This document shows positions 1 to 8,267 of a stretch of DNA of 50,106 bases, in pieces (positions within the stretch are counted from its first letter, which is position 1; the number at the start of each line of letters is the position of its first letter). The position numbers were made by a program, and so were the translations under genes. Source of the DNA: a virus (Duplodnaviria; Caudoviricetes). A model generated the notes under the pieces. It ran no database searches, was not told where the DNA came from, and worked only from the letters and a program-made list of their open reading frames with translations. The DNA lies in IMG/VR virus record IMGVR_UViG_3300043707_000032, positions 1 through 50,106 of that record; one strand, given 5' to 3'.

Positions 1-534
1 CTTGTCTTTCTTCGGCCAAGCAATCTCGCCCTTCTTGACCCGAGCTGAGGTAGAGACGACGGTTTCGGTTCCAGGAAAGCGCGCACGCCATCCCAGCACC
101 AACTTGCCATAGGCCCGCCCATCGGCGGTGCGCAGCTCATCCTTGATCATCGACCACGTCGCTGGGCCGTCGAACCGTATGTTCAACGAACGAATGAGGT
201 TAGCAATCGAGGACTGCATCTTGTACTTGCGCATGGCATCATTGACGAAGTTGTTGGCCCGGATGAAGCGTAGTTCTACTTCTTCTTGGCTACCATCCTG
301 AAGGGTGTGGGTGATGATGGCCTTGTGGCGGACTTCGCAGAAGTGCTTGCCATTCTTCTCCCAGGTGGTCTCGCCAAACGGCTCATTCTCTTCCAGCACG
401 AAGCGAAACTCATACACGCCGGGGACAAGGCGTGGGGGCATGGACCCCGGTTCGGGGGCATCGTAATCGATCTCAATCGACTCATCGATTACAAGGTTAA
501 GGTTGTCAATGTCAACTTGGGTTTGTTCAGTCAT
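1..534 (-). CDS. Putative phage ssDNA-binding protein (DUF669-like), truncated at window edge
   Basis: Not in ORF track. ATG at 534, open to base 1: MTEQTQVDIDNLNLVIDESIEIDYDAPEPGSMPPRLVPGVYEFRF...; P-G-x-Y motif; lies directly downstream of the Sak4-like ATPase. Confidence 0.55.
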   Translation of the reverse strand, partial: MTEQTQVDIDNLNLVIDESIEIDYDAPEPGSMPPRLVPGVYEFRFVLEENEPFGETTWEKNGKHFCEVRHKAIITHTLQDGSQEEVELRFIRANNFVNDAMRKYKMQSSIANLIRSLNIRFDGPATWSMIKDELRTADGRAYGKLVLGWRARFPGTETVVSTSARVKKGEIAWPKKDK

Positions 535-536
535 GC

Positions 537-1637
537 TTACTCCTTGGAGGGTGTGGGGTTAGTGAGGACTCCAGCCTTGATGGCATCCATTTCACTGGCT
601 GATCTGGCATGGAGTTCGTCAGTCTTGACGTAAAGGGCCTCGACATCGGTGGTCATGAAGTCGGGTAGGGCCTTGGCATACTGGTAAGGCACCCGAGTCT
701 TGGCCGGGAACATAATCTTAGTTAGGGCATCAGCATGGTTGCGGAGGTACATACGGTATTCGGTGGAGACAGAGACGACGCCGGTGCGCGTCTGCTGATC
801 TGCCTCGACTTGGCCGAGCTTCTCGACGGCCTCGAAGTGGAGCATCGCCCCGAACCAATGGCCAGCCTTGCCTGTGGCCTTGCGACCAGCGATGGAAGGA
901 CCATAGACGGGGGTTTTGGTTTGCTCATCTTCACCACGACCTTCACCAGCGGTCCAGATCACCTTTTCCACGGGGAGCGAGTTGGTCTTCATCACAAAAT
1001 CGTAGAGGCGGTTCTGGACAAAGCCGTAGTAAGTCATGTTCCCACCACTATAGGTGGTCGAACCATCCTGCCACTGGTAACTGGGGTCCTGGCTCAGGCT
1101 GGCACGCTTGTTGGCGAGGTGAACGAGCATGAGATCGCCAAAACTGGTCAGCCCTTCGAAGGCGACGATGGCCACTTGGCTCAGATCGTTGTCCGGGGAA
1201 GGAGCGCGGTGGCTAGTGACGGTCAGCAAGGCATTCACGTTCGTCTTCTGACATTCCGGGCAGGGGTACTGCGACTTTTGTGGGATACCTTTACTTGGAA
1301 GTGTGTGTCCATTCACGCAGGTACCGGTGTATTGAACCGAGTAGGGGGAGATCAGTCGGCTGGAAGGGTCAGCCGGTTCGGCAGGCCAGTAGCCCTGACA
1401 GGCCAGGTCAAGGGCTTCGATCTGGTTCTCCCGGTCCCGGATCATCCACGGCACCACGATGCCAGCGTCGACGAGGCCTTGAATAGGCTCCCAGCCACCG
1501 CCATCAGCCGAGACCAAGCGGGTAACTTTACCGTATTTCTTCATCGCCCATACCGCCGCCTTGCCAATGTTTGAGGTTTTATGGCAGCCCGTGGCACCAT
1601 AGTAGAGGTCAGCCTTAGCTCCCTTGATTTGTTGCAT
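537..1637 (-). CDS. AAA_24/Sak4-like P-loop ATPase (recombination/annealing) with inserted Cys-rich segment
   Basis: Walker A YYGATGCHKTS; Walker B-like IVAFEGLT; C-x3-H...CPEC insert; nuclease-ATPase-SSB gene context. Confidence 0.7.
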   Translation of the reverse strand: MQQIKGAKADLYYGATGCHKTSNIGKAAVWAMKKYGKVTRLVSADGGGWEPIQGLVDAGIVVPWMIRDRENQIEALDLACQGYWPAEPADPSSRLISPYSVQYTGTCVNGHTLPSKGIPQKSQYPCPECQKTNVNALLTVTSHRAPSPDNDLSQVAIVAFEGLTSFGDLMLVHLANKRASLSQDPSYQWQDGSTTYSGGNMTYYGFVQNRLYDFVMKTNSLPVEKVIWTAGEGRGEDEQTKTPVYGPSIAGRKATGKAGHWFGAMLHFEAVEKLGQVEADQQTRTGVVSVSTEYRMYLRNHADALTKIMFPAKTRVPYQYAKALPDFMTTDVEALYVKTDELHARSASEMDAIKAGVLTNPTPSKE

Positions 1638-1836
1638 TTACGATCCTCCTGACTGCTTCCAGCTGCTGTTCGAGCTGTTCGATATGCATCTTCTGGCACA
1701 TGGCAACGATCATCCATCCAATGCCATCAGAAGGCATCAGGTGGTGTTCCTGCTTCATTTCCTGAACCTTCTGCTGGAGCATAGGTCTGAGCCTGGTGAT
1801 CTCTTGTTCGGTTAAACGTCTAGTTGGTCCACTCAT
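1615..1836 (-). CDS. Hypothetical protein
   Basis: 73-aa ORF with SD GGAG, overlapping both neighbours in the operon. Confidence 0.6.
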   Translation of the reverse strand: MSGPTRRLTEQEITRLRPMLQQKVQEMKQEHHLMPSDGIGWMIVAMCQKMHIEQLEQQLEAVRRIVNATNQGS

Positions 1837-2308
1837 TCATGTCTCCTTCATAACTAGTAGGTCCAAAGGGCACTCCACCCTTAGGTCTTATCCATCCTTC
1901 AGGTCGCTTATCCACCCAGTACACAACGTAGTAAGAGCTTCTGCGGTCGAGGCAGGCATAGTCCAGGTACTCATGGACTCTTAGCCACTGCAGGGCTCGC
2001 TGCGGGGATTGTGGAGCCATCTCCGGATGAATGTCCACGATGTATTGCCTGAGATCCTCAATGTGGAAGTAAGGGTCAGTCTTCAACCGTATGCGGCAGA
2101 ACTCCCTGACATCATCAGCGATGGTGTTGATCACCCTGTCCATGTTCTCCTGCATCGAGCCTGGGTCTCCAGGGTGGTCAGCCCGGCTTTCTTCCACCAC
2201 CTTCATAACTTCAGCCATCTTCTGTAGCCGTTCGATCTCTTCGGCGCTTAGGAGTGTGGTGAACTTGAGACTATTGGCCACGAATTTGAGGAACTCAGAG
2301 TCGGTCAC
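1820..2308 (-). CDS. Hypothetical protein, possible winged-helix DNA-binding domain
   Basis: Likely GTG start at 2308 after GAGG; C-terminal FHIEDLRQYI...APQSPQRALQWLR...YACLDRRSSYY looks wHTH-like. Confidence 0.55.
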   Translation of the reverse strand: MTDSEFLKFVANSLKFTTLLSAEEIERLQKMAEVMKVVEESRADHPGDPGSMQENMDRVINTIADDVREFCRIRLKTDPYFHIEDLRQYIVDIHPEMAPQSPQRALQWLRVHEYLDYACLDRRSSYYVVYWVDKRPEGWIRPKGGVPFGPTSYEGDMNEWTN

Positions 2309-3524
2309 TGGACAACCTCTCTTCCGAGGGATGGTTGGGGACCCGGATCTGGTAGAGGCCGCTCTGGAGGGGCTCGATGGTGTTCCAGCAGCAGTCGTAG
2401 TACTCGCAGCGGGTAGGGAAGATGCAGTTCCCATGGTGAGTATGTTTGGGGAAGAACACGGCCAGCGACTCAGGCTTGTCATCGAGGTTGAGCCGAGCCA
2501 GCCGGATATCGCCTTCACGAGCGAGGGATTGGATCTGCCATTCAGCCAGCTCGGAGGCTTGACGGCTGATTAGTGGAGGGCAGATGAACTGGCTGCGAAC
2601 GACTTCAGGATCGTTGATGGTTAGGGAGTTGACCCAACCTTCAATTCCACCGGTAAAGTTGGTGGTCGGCATCCGTTCCCATCCCTTGTTCAGCCTTCCC
2701 TGTGGGGGCATCCACATCTCGCCCTCAAAGCCGTCAGCAGCCTTGCGGTATCCCCAGACCAGCGGCGAGTTGTAGTGCCACTTACCAGAGTCCTTAGGCC
2801 ACTCGACCGAGGTACGGCCCTTGAGCACACCTTCGATCATCACTCCTTCCACGATTTGCCCAGTCTCGTGCTCAATAGGGAGGATCTCAGAGATCATCTG
2901 CTGATCGGTCGACCACTGCTCCAGCCACCATCCCTTAATCTCCTTGGTTGTCTTGAAGTTAAGGAGCACCCGACCACCTGTCGAGCGGCGTTGGAGGTGA
3001 CAGTCGGCTCGGCTCATGAACACGAACAGGCCATCGTTGGCCATTATTGGGAGCCGTTTTTCGGCTTCCACTTCCACGACCCGGAAATCTTTAACGATTT
3101 CGGGGAGACGGCAGAGCACCCAGCCCCAGACGAGGGCTTGGAGTAGGTCGGCCATGTGAAGCGCGAGCCACTCCATAGTGTCGGGCTGGATGACGACTGG
3201 GTCGTTGGAGAAGGGGTCGATCTCAACCACCTCAACTTGATCTCGACTGGCAAACCCACGCTTGTCGAACTCTTCCTCGAGGCGGTAAGTAGCCATCTTA
3301 ATAGCAAAAGCAATTGCATCTCGTGAGGGTATTCCATCGTTCTCCTTTACGTGTTCGAGGATGATAGCCATGGCATGATGAAAGGCTTGGCCAAAGGCTA
3401 AGTCCTGCGATTGGGCTTTGCGCTCAATGCCCTGTCCATCGTAGGACTCGTAGCCCCAGTAGCGGGCGCGGGGACACTTCTCGTCCAGCTCCCTGCGGGA
3501 GCGGTCAAACTCAATCATCTCCAT
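2295..3524 (-). CDS. Cas4-like / PD-(D/E)XK exonuclease
   Basis: N-terminal CPRARYW, G-x-x-FH helix, VEAE...RAD...LNFKT core, C-terminal C-x5-C-x4-C cluster; start placed at ATG 3524 after AGGAGG. Confidence 0.8.
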   Translation of the reverse strand: MEMIEFDRSRRELDEKCPRARYWGYESYDGQGIERKAQSQDLAFGQAFHHAMAIILEHVKENDGIPSRDAIAFAIKMATYRLEEEFDKRGFASRDQVEVVEIDPFSNDPVVIQPDTMEWLALHMADLLQALVWGWVLCRLPEIVKDFRVVEVEAEKRLPIMANDGLFVFMSRADCHLQRRSTGGRVLLNFKTTKEIKGWWLEQWSTDQQMISEILPIEHETGQIVEGVMIEGVLKGRTSVEWPKDSGKWHYNSPLVWGYRKAADGFEGEMWMPPQGRLNKGWERMPTTNFTGGIEGWVNSLTINDPEVVRSQFICPPLISRQASELAEWQIQSLAREGDIRLARLNLDDKPESLAVFFPKHTHHGNCIFPTRCEYYDCCWNTIEPLQSGLYQIRVPNHPSEERLSSDRL

Positions 3525-3636
3525 CAAGCCTCCTAAACCACCAATAGATGGGGTAGGCAAAGATACCGATAGCAACTTTCAGTAGCAGCCAAACACCCTG
3601 CCACCACTCTCTACCGAGTTCCAATAGTTCATTCAT
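3511..3636 (-). CDS. 41-aa membrane peptide
   Basis: MNELLELGREWWQGVWLLLKVAIGIFAYPIYWWFRRLDGDD; ATGA overlap with the upstream gene; fills the gap between genes. Confidence 0.5.
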   Translation of the reverse strand: MNELLELGREWWQGVWLLLKVAIGIFAYPIYWWFRRLDGDD

Positions 3637-3830
3637 CGCTTGGGCTTGACCATGTGAGGATGGAAGTTGAAGCGTCCTTGTCGGCGCTGCTCAAGGATGT
3701 CGTCTTCGACTTGGCGCAGCTGTAGCGTTGTCGCTTCGTACATACGCTGGGTCTCATCTCGAACCGTCTTCAGGTAGGCACGTCGGACGGTCAGTTCTTC
3801 TTGCTTCTTCAGTAGGTCTTCAAGGCTCAT
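3633..3830 (-). CDS. Small coiled-coil hypothetical protein
   Basis: MSLEDLLKKQEELTVRR... start at ATG 3830 after GGAG. Confidence 0.6.
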   Translation of the reverse strand: MSLEDLLKKQEELTVRRAYLKTVRDETQRMYEATTLQLRQVEDDILEQRRQGRFNFHPHMVKPKR

Positions 3831-3954
3831 CGTTAGGCTCCGGGGTTTGGTAGCAGTCAGCACACGGGGTCTCGGTGTCGTCCTGACAGTAGTCAGGAGT
3901 GTCACAGTCCCAGGTGTCACCGCAGTACGGGCAAGTGTGTGTATGTTCTTCCAT
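3820..3954 (-). CDS. 44-aa Cys-rich acidic zinc-binding peptide
   Basis: MEEHTHTCPYCGDTWDCDTPDYCQDDTETPCADCYQTPEPNDEP; two CxxC plus two further Cys. Confidence 0.55.
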   Translation of the reverse strand: MEEHTHTCPYCGDTWDCDTPDYCQDDTETPCADCYQTPEPNDEP

Positions 3955-3956
3955 AG

Positions 3957-4127
3957 CTCAGGGAGGGGGCACCGGACCGCCGACCCGAATGTCAGGCGAG
4001 GAAGCGGCCCGGTTGTGCATGAGCCCCTGGCCGGAGGCCCCGATCGTTTCGCTCCCCACAGGACGTTGGATCATCGCTTGGCGATCGGGTTTGGAAGCTC
4101 CGGCTTGCAGCACAGTGAGTGTTGCAA
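3957..4127 (-). ncRNA. Structured 5' leader / candidate ncRNA
   Basis: Nested stems GCCGGAG/CTCCGGC, CCCGATCG/CGATCGGG, CCGG(A)CCGC/GCGG(C)CCGG, GGGGC/GCCCC and hairpin 4105-4127, directly downstream of a sigma70 promoter. Confidence 0.45.
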
Positions 4128-4132
4128 CTACG

Positions 4133-4161
4133 CTTATAGACGATCGCTATGGCGTTGTCAA
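4133..4161 (-). promoter_or_regulatory. Sigma70-type promoter (leftward)
   Basis: TTGACA-17bp-TATAAG on the minus strand. Confidence 0.75.
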
Positions 4162-4199
4162 GTATTTTTTAGTACAACTGTCCATAATTTTTTTGCACA

Positions 4200-4215
4200 C
4201 CCCAACATCTAGGGG
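4200..4215. promoter_or_regulatory. NrdR-box-like palindrome
   Basis: CCCCAACATCTAGGGG matches the core of the NrdR consensus (acaCwAtATaTwGtgt); abuts the -35 of the helicase promoter. Confidence 0.5.
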
Positions 4216-4216
4216 C

Positions 4217-4245
4217 TTGACAATCGAGCGAGCCGGGTCTAGAAA
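4217..4245 (+). promoter_or_regulatory. Sigma70-type promoter for the helicase-like gene
   Basis: TTGACA-17bp-TAGAAA. Confidence 0.6.
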
Positions 4246-4293
4246 GGTGGACAACCCTTTTACCCGCCACCGTCAAGGCCGGGAGTCTGCTAG

Positions 4294-5136
4294 ATGTTCA
4301 CCGTAAAAAATTTACGCACCCACGTATTCCCTCCTGAAGACTACATCGTAGGTTCCGGGCTGCTCAAACGAAACAGCATCCTTGTTATAGGCGGACCGCC
4401 GAAATCGATGAAGTCGATGGTCTCGATGTCGCTCGCACTTGATCTGGCAAGTGGCAGGCCGCTGTGGGGCTTGGGAGTGAACAGTCACAATTCCGGGTTC
4501 GGTGTGTCAAGACCTCATCGAGTGCTGATCATCGAGAAGGAGTTGGGCTACGAGGATTGCCAGATCCGTCTACGAACGATGTGGAACGGGCTAGGGCCGA
4601 GGGCACAGGAGCTGGTGGATGAGAATGTGATGGTGGACAGTTGTGACATGACGCTGCGGCTGGACACGACCGACGGTCAGTTGGCGATGAAGCGAGCCAT
4701 CGAGATGGCGAGGCCGGATGTAGTGGTGCTCGATCCCCTGGTCGAGTTTCATCAACTGAACGAGGACCACTCCCAAGATATGGGCAAAGTTCTAGGGGCA
4801 CTCGACCTATTGCGTTATCGATTAGGGTTCGCCACCGTCATCAACCATCACCGCACCAAACTGCCCCGGGATGGTGCAGTGACAGAAGACGACACACCCG
4901 AGTCGTTGCGCGGATCGAGCCGCCTATTCGGAAAGGTGGACTCGGTGGTGATGCTGAGGGCCAACCCGCACCGGCCAGGGGTGGTGGTAGCTTCGTTCAC
5001 TTTGCGCCGGGGACGTCCAATTCCGACAATGCGTCTTCGAGTTGATCTAGACACTCTGCTGACGTCATTTGGGGGTTGGGTCGACCAACCAGCACCGGGG
5101 AACGGCCAGCAGCCCGGTTCGACGGCTGTGAACTAA
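4294..5136 (+). CDS. RepA/AAA_25 family RecA-fold helicase-like ATPase
   Basis: Walker A GGPPKSMKS, LIIEKE, Walker B VVVLDP, INHH, LRGSSRL motifs typical of RSF1010 RepA/AAA_25. Confidence 0.85.
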   Translation: MFTVKNLRTHVFPPEDYIVGSGLLKRNSILVIGGPPKSMKSMVSMSLALDLASGRPLWGLGVNSHNSGFGVSRPHRVLIIEKELGYEDCQIRLRTMWNGLGPRAQELVDENVMVDSCDMTLRLDTTDGQLAMKRAIEMARPDVVVLDPLVEFHQLNEDHSQDMGKVLGALDLLRYRLGFATVINHHRTKLPRDGAVTEDDTPESLRGSSRLFGKVDSVVMLRANPHRPGVVVASFTLRRGRPIPTMRLRVDLDTLLTSFGGWVDQPAPGNGQQPGSTAVN

Positions 5137-5326
5137 GCGCTCGACAGATGGCGGCCAGGTGCCGAAGACGCTCGATCTCCACCCTCACTTCCGGGTAGAC
5201 GCAAGTGTTCACTGGCTGACGAGCGGGCCAGACCTTAGTACAGCCTACGAAGGCTAACCCAGCGACGAAGCCGAGTACAAAGCAGAATACTGATAGTCCT
5301 ACGATCATGTGCTTTATCCTATTCAT
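4997..5326 (-). CDS. Hypothetical membrane-anchored protein
   Basis: N-terminal TM helix; the ORF runs about 140 nt into the convergent helicase gene. Confidence 0.5.
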   Translation of the reverse strand: MNRIKHMIVGLSVFCFVLGFVAGLAFVGCTKVWPARQPVNTCVYPEVRVEIERLRHLAAICRALSSQPSNRAAGRSPVLVGRPNPQMTSAECLDQLEDALSELDVPGAK

Positions 5327-5498
5327 AGGTAATCGCTTGGAGCACGACTGTGCCCAACTGGGTTAGCTTGTATTGAATTTTGGTAGCCTCTTCCAGGGTT
5401 AACTTCTGTCCTTTTATATAGTTCGAAACCATTTCAAGGACGTCCACCACGGACTGATAGGTGGTCAGCTCGGGCGTGGAGTACGGCTGCTTGTTCAT
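5319..5498 (-). CDS. Hypothetical protein with RiPP-leader-like N-terminus
   Basis: MNKQPYSTPELTTYQSV...; SD AAGGA. Confidence 0.55.
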   Translation of the reverse strand: MNKQPYSTPELTTYQSVVDVLEMVSNYIKGQKLTLEEATKIQYKLTQLGTVVLQAITYE

Positions 5499-5545
5499 AA
5501 CCATCCTTTCGGCTGTTCGGTGGGCTCAGCTTTACAAAACTTAAC

Positions 5546-5573
5546 TTGACAAGCGGTTCCGCTCGCCTATACT
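5546..5573 (+). promoter_or_regulatory. Sigma70-type promoter
   Basis: TTGACA-16bp-TATACT, followed by hairpin GCGCCC..GCCACC-AAA-GGTGGC-GGGCGC before ORF 5621. Confidence 0.65.
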
Positions 5574-5620
5574 GCATTTGCGCCCACAGCCACCAAAGGT
5601 GGCGGGCGCTATGGTGAGGA

Positions 5621-5968
5621 ATGATGCCCTTCCTTTGGCAAATCAAGATTGACACGCAAGAGGCTCCACGGTCGAAGAAAGAAGCCGAGGATGAGCGGCT
5701 CTGGGGGGATCGACCCAAGGCTTCTCCTAAGATTGTGGCTGGTGGCAATTACCGCTTTTCCTTGCACTTGCTTCATCCTGATGACCACCGGGTGATGGTG
5801 GTCATAGACGGCTTCCGAGTCCCTAAGGATCTAAGCTGCATCATCGTCCCCACCACCACTACCTCCCGTGGATTTGCCTTTCCCACCATCAAGTTGACGG
5901 GTGAAACTTCGGATATGCTGTTGAACAACTTCAAGCTCATATTGGAGGAATTCAACGGCCATCACTAA
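5621..5968 (+). CDS. Hypothetical protein (weakly SpoVG-like beta fold)
   Basis: Has its own promoter and SD GAGG; VIDGFRV...IIVPT pattern. Confidence 0.55.
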   Translation: MMPFLWQIKIDTQEAPRSKKEAEDERLWGDRPKASPKIVAGGNYRFSLHLLHPDDHRVMVVIDGFRVPKDLSCIIVPTTTTSRGFAFPTIKLTGETSDMLLNNFKLILEEFNGHH

Positions 5969-6246
5969 CGCCCCATCAGCTCAGTCTCATCCTCAGGTGG
6001 GGTGGGAGGTTGGCTGTTGCGTGGTCCCGACCAGGCTGAGGCCAGCTCGTGCAGCGCCTCCGACAGGTCTAAGGCAATGCGATTCGGCAGGTAGATGTAG
6101 TTATCGAACCTGTGTTCATCGCCATCGGTGGAAAAGTTCAGCTCGACGCCTTCACCACCACAGTCCCGCAGCGAGATAGTAACCTTACTACCTCGCCTGC
6201 GGATGAGCTTGTGGTAGTTGGCTCTACTCACCTTTGGTTTGGTCAT
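5965..6246 (-). CDS. Hypothetical protein
   Basis: Likely start MTKPKV after AAGGAG. Confidence 0.55.
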   Translation of the reverse strand: MTKPKVSRANYHKLIRRRGSKVTISLRDCGGEGVELNFSTDGDEHRFDNYIYLPNRIALDLSEALHELASAWSGPRNSQPPTPPEDETELMGR

Positions 6247-6481
6247 GCAATAGCTCCTTTGCGGTGGCATTTCCCATGCGGATATTTTCGAGGTGGTCGG
6301 CCAAGGCGGCATTCTCCTCCATGAGGGTTTTGTTCATGGCTAGCAAGTCCTTGTGCGATCGGGCACACTCATCGCATATGCGCTGGAACTGTTTGGTGGC
6401 TTCTCGGATGGCGGCCATGCAGCGATTCTGGTTGGCCCCCCGGTTGAAATACTTTTGTGCTATCTTCTCGGCAACGTCCAT
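6224..6481 (-). CDS. Hypothetical protein
   Basis: 85-aa ORF with SD AAGGAG, coupled to neighbours. Confidence 0.6.
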   Translation of the reverse strand: MDVAEKIAQKYFNRGANQNRCMAAIREATKQFQRICDECARSHKDLLAMNKTLMEENAALADHLENIRMGNATAKELLHDQTKGE

Positions 6482-6483
6482 CG

Positions 6484-7578
6484 TTAGTCTCCTTGTACTT
6501 GGTCATGGCTGCGAAGAGGCTCCTCGGAGGGAGCCTCTTCACCTTCCACCTCTTCGAGTGGGGTTTCGATGCGGAACAGCTTCAGTCGGCGTGTCCGCTT
6601 CCCGCTGTTGAGATGACGTAACATCAACTCGTAGAGGATCTTACGAGACGATCCACCCGACCCCGCTAGCTGCTGAACCTGGGGGTCGGTGATAGGGAAC
6701 TGAGTCATCTTCTTGCGCAGGTCGGCAGGCATGACCAGCTTGTTGTCATCCCAAAAGTCCACATGGGAACCAATGACCTCAGTGAGGGCTGCTAGGAAGT
6801 TGCCCTTGAGCTGTGGAGCCTGCTCCTTGAAGGCCACCATCCTAACCCCCCAGCACTCATCCACAATGTCCCAAAAGACCTTGATGTTGTCTCGCACGGT
6901 CGTGCGACCGGCGCGCTTGACCAGCTTGTCAAAGGCGTAAGCCAGCTTCTCGTAGTTCGACTGCGAGAGCTGCATACCAAACCGCAAGTGGATGCGGCTA
7001 GCCACCTTCAACAGACCGAGGGCTCCGAGGAGCTGGTCCCGACTCATCCGCTGCTGCCATGACACCTTGTTGTACAGAGCAAACTTCGAGTCAAGGCACA
7101 GGTTGAACAGCATGTCGATGGCTGGGTTGACAGGCCGCAGGTTCCGCAACAGCACAGAAGGACTGAGCTTGACTCGGGAGACGTTGAGCATCTTGAAGCG
7201 TTCCCGCTCCCACTCTTTGGTGGTGTTGAAGTGGATGAGCGCGCCGAGGCGGGGCTGAACGCCAGTGTTGATGAGCTGACGGGCCGCCGCCACTCGCTGG
7301 AGGCCGTCAATGATGTAGGTGGGGTTTTTGAGGTAAAATACCTCGTTATCGTTGTCGTAACTCCCACCCCTCATTCCTAAGTCAATGTCAGGGACGGAGT
7401 TAGCTTGGATTGCCAGAGCGAGGTTCTTGATCCGTGACGGGGGCAAGACCTCTCGCTGGTAATCATCGACCTTGAGATAGCCGAGGGAGGCGGGGTCGAT
7501 CACTCCTCGGAGAATGATCTGCCCAGTCTCGTCGTCATCCAAGGCGGCATGGGTTAGCTTGATACGTTCGTTTTCCAT
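6484..7578 (-). CDS. ParB/Srx-fold (DGQHR/DndB-like) domain protein
   Basis: VDDYQRE...IIDGLQRVAAA...ERERFKMLN motifs; start MENER after GAGG. Confidence 0.7.
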   Translation of the reverse strand: MENERIKLTHAALDDDETGQIILRGVIDPASLGYLKVDDYQREVLPPSRIKNLALAIQANSVPDIDLGMRGGSYDNDNEVFYLKNPTYIIDGLQRVAAARQLINTGVQPRLGALIHFNTTKEWERERFKMLNVSRVKLSPSVLLRNLRPVNPAIDMLFNLCLDSKFALYNKVSWQQRMSRDQLLGALGLLKVASRIHLRFGMQLSQSNYEKLAYAFDKLVKRAGRTTVRDNIKVFWDIVDECWGVRMVAFKEQAPQLKGNFLAALTEVIGSHVDFWDDNKLVMPADLRKKMTQFPITDPQVQQLAGSGGSSRKILYELMLRHLNSGKRTRRLKLFRIETPLEEVEGEEAPSEEPLRSHDQVQGD

Positions 7579-7597
7579 AGTTTCCTCATCGTGCGGG

Positions 7598-8062
7598 TTA
7601 GTAGTTGGTTTGGGTTTCATTTCCATCCCACCATGTGGTTGGCTCCCAACGGATGCCAGCGTCGGTACGGTGATAGACCTGACCGCCCATAGAGACGATC
7701 TCACCTTGAACGATTACCCGGATGGAGAGAGCTTCCTGCCGCTTAGGGTTGTCACGCACCCGGCGCTTCAAGTCCTCAGGATCTGGAGTCATTAGGACAT
7801 AGCTGTCACAGAGCAGGGCCACAGCGTAGGCACCCGGCTTCAGGCTCATATCGGTGACGGCTCGTTGAGCGGCTTGTTTAGTGTCGTCGGAGAAGCTCAA
7901 GCCAATGATTCCACTGACCTTTGGCCCATTGGCGGTCATGGTGAAGAGGAAGGCTGTAGGCATCACTTCCTGCTTGTCCTCAACGAACTCTCGAGTCCGC
8001 TCCAGCACATCTTCCATCGAGTGCTGAATAGCGGAGAGTTGGAAGGTATCACTAGATGGCAT
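7598..8062 (-). CDS. Hypothetical phage protein
   Basis: Globular alpha/beta-looking ORF in the operon. Confidence 0.6.
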   Translation of the reverse strand: MPSSDTFQLSAIQHSMEDVLERTREFVEDKQEVMPTAFLFTMTANGPKVSGIIGLSFSDDTKQAAQRAVTDMSLKPGAYAVALLCDSYVLMTPDPEDLKRRVRDNPKRQEALSIRVIVQGEIVSMGGQVYHRTDAGIRWEPTTWWDGNETQTNY

Positions 8063-8267
8063 GAGGGCCCCTGTCCTTTCGAGCGTGTTCGTGGCCAACG
8101 GTGGCTCGGTCAAAGCGGTCGCACCAATAGTCTCGCCGGATGACGCCAGCCACTATCTCACAAGCTCCCTTGGTCTTCAGCCCCACCCCAATCCAGTGGG
8201 TACACTTCCCACACACAGTCGAACCCTTACCGAGTGAGTAGTGGGTTTCCCGCTTGGTTAGCTTCAT
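8052..8267 (-). CDS. HiPIP-like (high-potential 4Fe-4S) small protein
   Basis: MKLTKRETHY...CGKCTHW...GACEIVAGVIRRDYWCDRF matches the HiPIP pattern Y..CxxC..C.vV.G.I...wC..F; no Tat signal. Confidence 0.6.
   Translation of the reverse strand: MKLTKRETHYSLGKGSTVCGKCTHWIGVGLKTKGACEIVAGVIRRDYWCDRFDRATVGHEHARKDRGPHAI

Noticed and set aside
735-1574. Long antisense ORFs (for example 735-1574 +, 22090-22779 -, 43458-44033 -)
   Set aside because: Shadow frames of well-supported genes in GC-rich DNA, with no motifs or SD
2295-3524. CRISPR-Cas association of the Cas4-like nuclease
   Set aside because: No repeat-spacer array or other cas genes; the context is a standard phage recombination module
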